Shown here: positions 53,360 through 64,000 of the stretch, one piece after another
Layout of the letters: each line of letters begins with the position of its first letter
Numbering within the stretch: position 1 is the first letter of the stretch
Source: Camelus dromedarius
Taxonomy: Eukaryota
DNA: 64,000 bases
Reading direction: 5' to 3'
Assembly: GCF_036321535.1 (NCBI RefSeq)
Contig: NC_087436.1
Location: forward strand, 57,042,001 to 57,106,000
Position numbers and translations under genes: made by a program
The notes under the pieces: generated by a model
What the model was told of the DNA's origin: nothing
Seen by the model: the letters and a program-made list of their open reading frames with translations, nothing else
Database searches by the model: none

Positions 53360-56300
53360 TAAATAAAATAGAGATGAAAATAATAGGGAAAAATCAATAA
53401 AATCAAGAGCTGGTTTTTTGAAAGGATAAACAAAATTGACAAGCCTCTGGCCAGGCTCACCAAGAAGAAGAGAGAGAGGACCCAAATAGGCAAAATAAGA
53501 AATGAAAGGAGAGAAATAACAACTGATACCACAGATATAAAAAAAAAACTGTAAGAGAATACTATGAAAAATTATATACCAACAAATCAAACAACCTAGA
53601 AGAAATGGACAAGTTTCTAGAAACACAGCCTACCAACACCCAATCAAGAAGCAACAGATAAGGGGGAGGGTATAACTCGATAGTAGAATGTGTTTTTAGC
53701 ATGCACAAGGTCCTGGGTTAAACCCCCAGGTCCTCCAATAAAAATAAATAAATCAATAAACCTAATGACCACTGTCCAAAAAAAAAAAAAAAACCAGAAA
53801 TAGATAATTTGAATAAACCAATCACTAGAAGTGAAATAGAATCTGTAATTAAAACAAAACAAAACAATACTCACTGCAAAGAAAAGTCCAGGACAGGATG
53901 GCTTCCCTGGGGAATTCTACCAAACATACATAAAAGAACTTATACTGATCCTTCTCAAACTCTTCCAAAAGATTGAAGAGAAAGGAACACTCCCAAACTT
54001 ATATGAAGCCACCATCACCATGATACCAAAAGCAAATACACTACAAAAAAAGAAAATTACAGGCCAGTATCTTTGATGAATATAGAAGCAAAAATTCTCA
54101 ACAAAATATTAGCAAGCGGAATCCAACAACACATTAAAGGGATGATACAGCATGATCAAACTGGATTTATCCCAGGGTCACAAGGATGGTTCAACATAAA
54201 CAAATCAGTGTGTTATACCACATCAACCAAAGAAAGGACAAAAACCACATGATCATTTCAATAGATACAGAAAAAGCATTTGATAAAATTCTGATCCATT
54301 CATGATAAAAACTCTTATCAAAGTGGGTATAGAGGGAACATATCACAACATAATAAAAGCTATTTATGACAACCCACATCCAACATAATACTCAATGGTA
54401 AAAAGTTGAAAGTCTTCCTGCAAAAATCTGGAACAAGGATGTCCACTCTCACCACTTCTATTCAACCTAGTATTTCAAGTCCAAGCCACAGCAATCAGAC
54501 AAGAAAAAGAAATAAAAGGGATCCAAATTGGAAGGGAAGAGGTAAAACATCACTATACACAGATGACATGATGCTACATATAGAAAACTCTAAGGACTCC
54601 ACACAGAAACTAGACCTGATAAACAAATTTAGCAAGGAATCAGGATACAAGATTAACATACAGAAATGTTGCACTTCTTTACACTAACAATGAGCTATCA
54701 GAAAGAAAAAGTCAAAAACGATCTCTTTTAAAAGTGCATCAAAAAAAAAAAATCTAAGAATAAACCTGAAAGACTTATATGCTGAAAATTATAAAACACT
54801 GGTAAAGGAAACTGATGATGATTCCAAGAAAGAGAAAGATATCCTATGCTCTTGGATGGGAAGAATTAATATTGTTAAAATGGCCACATTACCCAAGCAA
54901 TCTACAGATTTAATATGATCCTGATCAAATTATCCAGGACATTTTTCACAGAACTGGAACAAATAATCCTAAAATTTATATGGAACCACAAGAGATTTGA
55001 ATTGTCAAAGCAATCCTGAAGAAAAAGAACAAAGATGGCAGTATTACTGTCCGATGTCAGACAATTATACAGAGCTACAGTAATCAAAACAGCACAGTAC
55101 TGGCACAAAAAAAGATATACGGATCAATGGAACAGAACAGAGAGCCTAGAAATAAACCCATACACCTACAATCAATTAATCTTTGATAGAGGAGGCAAGA
55201 ATATACAATGGAAAAAAGACAGTCTCTTCAATAAGTGGTCCTGGGAAAACTGGACAGCTACATGTAAAAGAATGAAATTAGAACATTCTCTAACACCATA
55301 TACAAAAATAAACTTAAAATGGATTGAAGACCTAAATGTAAGACACAACACTATAAAACTCCTAGAAAGGAACATAGGCAAAACATTCTCTGACATAAAT
55401 CGTAGCAATGTTTTCTTAGGTCAGTCTACCAGGCAAAAGAAATAAAAACAAAAATAAACAAATGGACCTAATCAAACTTATAAACCTTTATTCAGCAAAG
55501 GAAGCCATAAACAAAATGAAAAGACAACCTATGGAATGGGAGAAAATATTCACAAATGATGCTACTGACAAGGGATTAATTTCCAAAACATACAAACAGC
55601 TCAGATACCTCATTATCAAAAACAAACAAACAAAAATCCAATCAAAAAATGGGCAGAAGACCTAAATAAACATTACTCCAAAGAGGACATGCAGATGGCC
55701 AACAGGTACAAGAAAAGGTGATCAAAATTGCTAGTCATCAGAGGAATGCAAATCAAAACTACAATGAGTTATCACCTCACACAGGTCAGAAAGATCATCA
55801 TCAAAGTCCACAAATAATACTTGCTTGAGAAGGTATAGAGAAAAGAGAACCCTTCTACACTGTTGGTGGGAATGTAAATTGGTGCAGTCACTATGGAGAA
55901 CAGTCTGTAGGTTACTTAAGAAACTAAAAATAGAGTTACCTTTATGATCCAGCAATCCCACTTCTGGGCATGTATCTGGAGAAACCTCTAATTCAAAAAT
56001 ATACACGTACCCTAATGTTCCCAGCAGCACTATGTACAACAGATAAGACATGGAAGCAACCTAAGTGTCCACTGACAGATGAATAAAGAAGATGTGATAT
56101 ATATATAAATGTATGTATGTATATGTATATATACACACACAATGGACTATTACTCAGCCATAAAGAGTGAAATACTGCCATTTGCAGCAACGTGAATGGA
56201 CCAAGAGATTTTCCTACTAAGTGAAGTAAGTCAGACAGAGAAAGACAAATATCATATGGTATCACTTACATGCAATAGAAAAAAAATGATACAAATGAAC

Positions 56301-56606
56301 TTATTTATTTACAAAGCAGAAACAGACTCTCAGATATAGTAACTTATGGTTACCAAAGGGAAAAGGGGGAGAGGGAGAGATAAATTAGGAGTTTGGAATT
56401 AACAGATACATACTACTATACATAAAACAGATAAACAAGGACCAACTGTATGTAGCACAGGGAACTATATTCAGTATCTTGTCTATAATGGAAAAGAATC
56501 AGAAAAAGAATATATGTATGTAAAATTGAATCACTTTGCTGCACACCTGAAACTAACACAACATTGTAAATCAACTATACTTTAATTAAAAAAATTTTAA
56601 AAATAC
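53360..56606 (+). mobile_element. L1 of about 3.2 kb (ORF2 RT to 3' end), antisense to SMARCAD1
   Basis: Frameshifted ORF2 ([23 protein letters not shown]); 14-bp TSD atgatg(c/t)tatttct at 53346-53359 and 56607-56620. Confidence 0.95.
53662..53793 (+). mobile_element. Vic-1-like SINE inside the L1
   Basis: ggggagggtataactc...agcatgcacaaggtcctgggtt...aaacctaat, A tail. Confidence 0.88.
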
Positions 56607-57459
56607 ATGATGTTATTTCTCACATAGCCTATATATAGGTATATAAACTAAAATGTGGGCCTAGTCTCTCAGACCACAGTTGTTCCTCACACCTAAAAAC
56701 TTACAGAATCTTTACTTCCTACCATTATTAGTTCTCTCAAGGGAAGAATACTTTCATGGAAGGACACAACAACTGTCCCATTAAATTAGGGTCGAGACTG
56801 TCACCTGCTATTTAGGGCTTCATATACCACCAACTGAGGCAAAGAAAGAGGTTACTGTGCTTGTTGGAGTGACAGATTTTGATTTTGATTACCAAAAAGA
56901 AACTGTGTTTATTCATGTGTTGTCACGAATAAAGACAGGGAAGACTATGTCTAGATTCACTGGGAGGCTTCTCAGTAGATATATTTATAAAGTAAAAGTT
57001 AATGGGAAACCAGAGTAACCCAGTAAAAGCATAACCACTATTAATTTTCGATAAGTAGTTAAATATCAAGAGAGTCCTCTATTTCAACAATTATAAGGAG
57101 CTGTCACTGGGGAGGAGAAAATGGTACTGGCAATGGTAACAGTTGTTTTACATAATTGTGTACAACCGTATGTATGTATAAATTTTATAAAATAAAATTT
57201 AAATTAAAAGCAAATTTTCCCAAGAAGTTACTTTACCACACCACTAGGATACCTTTTAAAATTAATTTTGTACTTCAGAGATAAGTAATAATACTAGATT
57301 AATTAAACAGAAAGCAACAGCAGTCACAAATAAAATGCAAACGTAAGTTCTCTTAGTTGTGAGAGAGAGGATTGATTCATTGAGGTATATTTTCAGGTTT
57401 GATATCCACAGACTCAACATATTCTGTGCTTAAGCAGATGATTTTGATACTGCAATTCA

Positions 57460-57612
<153 letters not shown>

Positions 57613-57845
57613 TTATAAGAATCATTAATGCAAAACAAAGGCAAAAGTGTTATTATAATGAAAATACTTGTAGATAGTTCTCTTGATATCAGGCCCAATG
57701 CTATTTCTACAATAAATGTCAACCGAATTGAAAGAAAAGTAAACAGACTCTTTTCAGTTTTTCAAAAGTAGAAATCACTTTAAAAATGTAGTATTTCTCC
57801 AGTATTAAAGGTTATGCACCAGTGTCACTTCAAAGTTACCTGCCT

Positions 57846-60187
57846 CCAGCAGTACATTAAAAGGATCATACAACATGATCAACTGAGATTTATCCCAGGA
57901 ACGTAGGGGTTTTTCAATATTCACAAATCAATCAATGCAATACACCACATTAACAAACTGAATAAAAACCACATGATCATCTCAATAGATGCAGAAAAAG
58001 CTTTTGATAAAATTCAACATCCATTTATGATAAAAACTCTCCAGAAAGTGGGCACAGAGGGAACACAGCTCCACATAATAAAGGCCATATATGACAAACC
58101 CAAGTTAACATCATATTCCTTGGTAAAAAGCTGAAAGTATTTCCTCTAAGATCAGGAACAAGACAAGGATGCCCACTCTTGCCATTTTTATTTAACATAG
58201 TTTTGGAGGTCTAGCCACAGTAATCAGAGAAGAAAAAGAAATATAAGGAATTCAAACTGAAAAAAAAAAAAAAAAAAGTAAAACTGACTGTCACTGTTTG
58301 CAGATGACATGATACTATATATAGAAAATCCTAAAGATGCCACCAGAAAACTGCTAGAGCTTATCAATGAATTCGGTAAAATTGCAAGATACAAAATGAA
58401 TATACAGAAATCTGTTGCATTTCTATACACTAACAATAAAATATCACAAAGAGAAATTAAGGAAAGGATCAAAAAGAATAAAATACCTAGGAATAAACCT
58501 ACCTAAGGAGGCAAAGACCTGTACTCCAAAAACTAAGACGCTGATAAAAGAAATTGAAGACAACACAGATGGAAAGATATACCGTGTTCTTGGATTGGAA
58601 GAAACAATATTGTTAAAATGTTCATACTACCCAAGGCAATATACAGATTTTTTTCACAGAACTGAAACAAAAAAATTTTTAAATTTGCACAGGAACACAA
58701 AAGGCCCCAAATAGCCAAAACAATCTTGAAAAAAAATGAAGCTGGAGGAATCACACTCCCTGACCTCAGACTATACTAAGCTACGGTAATCAAAATAGTA
58801 TGTATGGTACTGGCATAAAAACAGACACATCTATCAATAGAACAAGACAGGAAGCCCAGAAATAAATCCATGTGCTTATAATTAATCTACACCAGGCGTT
58901 AAGAATATACAATGGAGAAAAGATAGTATCTTCAATAAGTGGACAGCTTACTGGGAAAACTGAACAGCTACATGTAAAAGAATGAAATTAGAACAATCTC
59001 TAACACCACATACAAAAACTCAAAATGAACTAAAGACCTAAACTTAAGATCAGATACTCTAAAATTTTCTAGAGGAAAATGTAGGCAGAACAGTCTGTGA
59101 CATAAAAAGCAGGAATTTTTTTTTTCAATCCATCTCCTACAGTGATGGAAATAAAAGCAAAACTAAGCAAATGGGACCTGGTTAAACGTAAAAGCTTTTG
59201 CACAGTGAAGGAAACCATAAACAAAATGAAAAGACAACCTATGGAATGGGAGAAAATATTCAAAAACTATGCTATGGACAAGGGATTAATTTCTAAAATA
59301 TACAAACAGCTCATACAGCTTAATATTAAAAAAAAAAAAAATCCAAAAACGGGCAGAAGACTTAAATAGGTATTCTCCAAAGAAACATACAGACAGCCAA
59401 CAAGCACATGAAAAAATGTTCAACATCACCAATTATTAGAAAAATGAAATCAAAACTACAGTGAAGCATCACCTCACACCAGTGAGAATGGCCATCATTT
59501 AAAACTCTATAAATAATAAATGCTGAAGGAGGTGTGGAGAAAAAGGAGTCCTCCTATACTGTTGGTGGAAATATAAATTGGTGCAACCGCTATGAAAAAG
59601 AGTATGGAGGTTCCTTAAAAAACTAAAAATAGAGTTACCATATGACCCAGCAATCCCACTTCTGGGCATATATCCAGATAAAACTGTTCAAAGATACATG
59701 AACCCCAATGTTCCCAGCAGCACTACCTACAATAGCCACAACATGTAAGCAACCTAAATGTCCAGCAACAGATGAATGGATGGATAAAGATGATGTGTTA
59801 CATATATACAACAGGATATTACTCAGTCATAAAAAAGAATGAAATAATGCCATTTGCAGCAAAATGGTTGGACGCAGAGATGATCATATTAAGTAGTTAG
59901 AGAATGACAAGTATCATATAATATCACTTACATGTGGAATCTGAAAAAAAAAGATACAAATAAACTTATTAAAAACTAGAAACAGACTCACAGACATAGA
60001 AAACTGCGGCTACCAAAGGGGAAAAGAGTGGAGGGGAGGGATAAATTAGGAGTTTGGGATTAATATATATACACTACATATAAAGTAGATAAACAACAAG
60101 GACCTGCTATACAGTACAGGGAACTATATTCAGTATTTTCTAATGACCTATAATGGAAAAGAATCTGAAAAAGAATATATTAAAAAG
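57846..60187 (+). mobile_element. L1 of about 2.3 kb (ORF2 RT to 3' UTR)
   Basis: [29 protein letters not shown] and further frameshifted ORF2 remnants. Confidence 0.95.
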
Positions 60188-61547
60188 AAGTCCTTATGTT
60201 GAAAATTGTCCTAATAAGCCAAAAATAGTTTCATGTCTTAATGATACAGTATCTTGAAGGATACCTTATCTTGGTAAGACAAAGCTATCATTCTACACAT
60301 TACCTCTAAAGTGTACTACATTAAAGATGAAAATGACTGACATGACTGTCCTGTCCATTCTAAAAGGAACCAAGAAAAGTTTACTTAAAAAACAAGAAAA
60401 CTCTGATTTCTTCTCTCCTTGTAGTTTGCCTCTTGACTTTTTAAAAAAATATCAAAGTCTAGTACGAGAATGAGAAGAAAAAAAAACTCAGCTAAAGTTC
60501 AAATTTAATGAGGACTGTAAAAAATTCAGGAGGGCAACTGTTATGCACGTTTTGTTTCCATATATATTCTCAGTGCCTAAAATAGCATCTGGTGCCCAGC
60601 AGTGGGTGCACAATAAGTATCTGTTAAATTAATGAATAAAGTTGAATGATGTAAGTTGCTGAGGAAAAAGAAGATTAGATACTACTGTGGAATAAAGTTA
60701 TTCTACAAATTTTTCACTGGGAATACTGTGGAATATTGATATACTAAGAGGACAAGAAAGAATATCTAAAATTTCCCAAACCATTTAGCAACTCAACAAA
60801 TGTTAACTGAGACTACCATTTTTCAGGAACTTTTAAGAGTAGGGATACTGTAATGAGGAAGACACAGTCAAGTTTTTCCGGTACCATTTTCTATCATCAG
60901 ATGGCCCTTAAGAATAAATAAATGCTAACATGTACTATGTACTTCCTATGTGCCACTCACTATAAGAAGAAATTTACACTAACTTTGTCACTTCTTCGCA
61001 ACAACTTTGAGTTTGGTACTATTATCATATTATTTTATTTGCTAAGGAAACAAAGAAGAGTTAGGCAACACTGCCCAACGTCACACAGCTACTAAGTAGA
61101 AGAAAAGGAAGAATCTTAACACTCAATGTAGGCAGCACCCACTAATCACACAATACTGTTCCCTTGCTCAAATTGGTGAAAATGAGAGGTTTAAAAATAC
61201 TTCATGTGGATAAAATAATATCATCTTTGGAATCCACTCCAATACAATCCACTTAGGGGGATAAATATGAAGTAGATGACTGTTGAAGAAAGATGATGGG
61301 CCCATGAGAAATATTGTACTATTTTCCATTTTTGTGTATATTTTTAAGTTTCAAAAAAATTAAAAACAAACAAAAAAAATCCACCTACGATAATGGGCAC
61401 TTTATACTGCTGATGAAAGCATAAATTGGCAGAAATTTTAAAATTAAAATTGAACTATATATTAAAATTTAAATGTGTATACCCTTTCGATTTAGCATCC
61501 TAGTTTGAAGTTTAGCCTATAAAAATAACAACATAAAGATTTACTTA

Positions 61548-61970
61548 TGCCATTTGCAGCAACATGGATGGAACTGGAGATTGTCATTCTAAGTGAAATA
61601 AGCCAGAAAGAGAAAGAAAAATACTATTATGATATCACTCATATGTGGAATCTAAAAAAAAAAGACAAATGAACTCATTTACAAAACAGAAAAAAAGACA
61701 GACATAGGAAACAAACTTATGGTTACCAGGTGGGAAGGGAGTGGCAAGGGATAAATTGGGAGTTTGAGATTCGCAGATATTAACTACTATATATAAAATA
61801 GATAAACAACAAGGTCCCACTGTATAGCAAAGGGAACTATATTCAATTTCTTGCAGTAACTTATAGTGAAAAAGAATATGAAAACAAATATATGTATGTA
61901 TATGTATGACAACTATTACGCTGTACACCAGAAATTGACACATTATAAATCGACTATACTTCAATAAAAA
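61548..61970 (+). mobile_element. 5'-truncated L1 3' end
   Basis: tgccatttgcagcaacatggatg...gactatacttcaataaaa; TSD aaagattta(c/t)tta. Confidence 0.92.
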
Positions 61971-62731
61971 AAAGATTTATTTACAAGGCTATTTACTTTA
62001 GTTCAATAATAATGAAATAATGTAAATGTAAATGGTAATTAATAGAGAAACAGTTAATAAACTAATCCTATGCATAGTCAGACAGGAATGCTATGAAGTA
62101 GCTGACTGTACTGATAAGTTATCCACGATAAATCATCAAATGACTTTTCTTAAAATGCAAACCAATACTATAATTATATTTTGTAGCCTAATGTGTGTGT
62201 TTTATAATGGTGTGTAGGTTTGCTTTCATCCCTTAAATACATTTTTGGTAGAAGGATTACAGGTTATTTTTACTTGTTTGGTATGTACAAGTTAGAACAA
62301 AAAATCTAGATAGCATTTATCAAAGAAAAATTGGAGGTGCTTTTATAATGCAAGTCCCTTCAAATGTATTTAGTTTGTGTTCTGAGCCTGGAACAAAGCA
62401 TACATATTTACTATATGAAGGAATGCTGATTACCAGCTAGGACTTTCCTCAAGACATTATGTTCCTACTGACTCAGGTGTACGTAAATAAAGCTACAATG
62501 CAATTAGAAAGGACACAAGAGAATATACCTCCCAAAACATCACTGTAAAGAGATCTGATCTGTAGAAAACAAACAAAATTACCAATGAAAAACTGCCTCC
62601 TTCCCTTTTTGGCAGGGTGGGGGAAGGATCAACCCAGAAAATCCAATTCCCAAATAGTTGTAGGACCTCAGATGAGTCACTTAATCTTCTTAAACTTCAG
62701 TCTTTTCATCTAAAAAACCCCAAAGCTATTA

Positions 62732-62908
<177 letters not shown>

Positions 62909-63271
62909 CTAATAAAATGAGAAAAGATTACTATTTTAAAAATAATACTCTAAGAATTATTTCACAAAGTTACCAAAATATTTAAGAACAAATGCTTTAA
63001 AAATACAAAGTGGAGAAATATGTACATAACAGCTTAAGTTCATTAAGTCCTATGATAAATTTTCAGAAAATGTTGTTTATCTAAAAAGTCCAAATTTATC
63101 TGAGCATATCTTAAAATGTATTGGATTTACTTATCATCAGTATAAAGGGAAAATTAAAACACAGTCCAATATGACAGTATAGTCAAGATTTTTGTTATTT
63201 TAATTGCAAGGTTGTACACTGAAGTCTCAAAAACTTCCTACTTACAAGTGAGTCCAGGCACTGTGTGGGGG

Positions 63272-63330
63272 ATGTGTGTGTATGTGTGTGTGAGTGAGAG
63301 AGAGAGGGAGAAAGAGAGAGAGAAAGAGAG
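63272..63330. repeat. Compound (TG)n(AG)n microsatellite
   Basis: tgtgtgtgtatgtgtgtgtgagtgagagagagaggg... Confidence 0.85.
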
Positions 63331-64000
63331 CAGGGGAAGCAAGGAGAGAGAGGATACAGTGATAAATATTTACAACGAACCACAATTCTGAAATAGTATT
63401 TTCAAAATCCAGTACTTCTAAGATGAGTGGGATAAAGGGCTCTTGATTTTTTGCTCTATTTCTAAACTGCTTGAATTTGTTCAAGAACATAATATATGGC
63501 TTACATAATTAAGTTTCAATATCCTATTTTTCTTTATTATTCTGTAACATTTCAGATTTCAGAAGACACTGGATATCCTATGATTTTCTTGTTAAGTTTC
63601 CTACATTGCCAATGAGTTACTTGTTTTAAAAAGATCTTAGCTTAAAAAATAAGCTTTTTTGTATTAAATAGCCTTAAATTGGGAATGCTCTTTTCTATAC
63701 TAGTTTTCCTCATATTGGATCCTCAGATACCCTATAAGCCCCTCCTCATTTTCAAAACAGCCAAAGCATATTCTTATCAAGCCTAGAACTATATTTATAT
63801 TTTATAACTTCCTGAATTATTTTATATGGATCTAAAAGCCTCTGTAGAGTGATTTACAAATGTCACCTTTAAATCTTTTGAAATAATGAGAGATCATTTG
63901 AAATTCAGATTACTTCAAGACAGTGCTCTGCTTTGGAGTAAGTGATTTGCTAAATTCCCCAAATTTCAGATTCTAATGAAATAAAAATACCAAGTCCACG

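Larger units (their letters stand above)
50060..57040 (+). mobile_element. Decayed ERVL (class III) internal region, pro-RT-RNaseH-IN-dUTPase, interrupted by later insertions
   Basis: Collinear degenerate motifs: MVISLVPE, QKLNGSWR, SADNY, KKWPEVQ...SWTVA, WWQVDYI, SDQG...EAAGL, AKKEVTVLVGV. Confidence 0.75.

Noticed and set aside
54406..55665. RT-like ORFs, also at 58309-59369
   Set aside because: These are frameshifted L1 ORF2 fragments of 5'-truncated elements, not a novel RT system.

Overview
AT-rich mammalian genomic DNA, very likely camelid, since it carries five copies of a tRNA-derived Vic-1-like SINE and no Alu, Bov-tA or PRE-1 type SINE was recognised. It holds two convergent genes. 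On the + strand are the last four coding exons of HPGDS (haematopoietic prostaglandin D synthase, sigma-class GST; 665-11640). On the - strand are 20 coding exons of SMARCAD1 (SNF2/Fun30-family remodeller; 17038-62908, exons 5-24 by human numbering, 847 codons before the stop). All introns are GT-AG and all exon phases chain in frame. Most ORFs in the six-frame track are exon read-throughs or repeat-derived. I found no convincing previously undescribed system. The best leads are: (1) a preserved non-coding alternative first exon and candidate internal promoter in SMARCAD1 intron 9, matching the human skin-specific adermatoglyphia isoform and predicting a 596-aa protein; (2) a candidate 18-nt in-frame microexon or 37-nt poison exon between the two CUE domains; (3) an in-frame alternative donor extending exon 9; (4) a nested ERVL/Tigger/MLT1/L1/SINE stack in intron 6; (5) a CTCF and GATA cluster inside HPGDS. 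Repeat family names and comparisons with human come from memory and need database confirmation.
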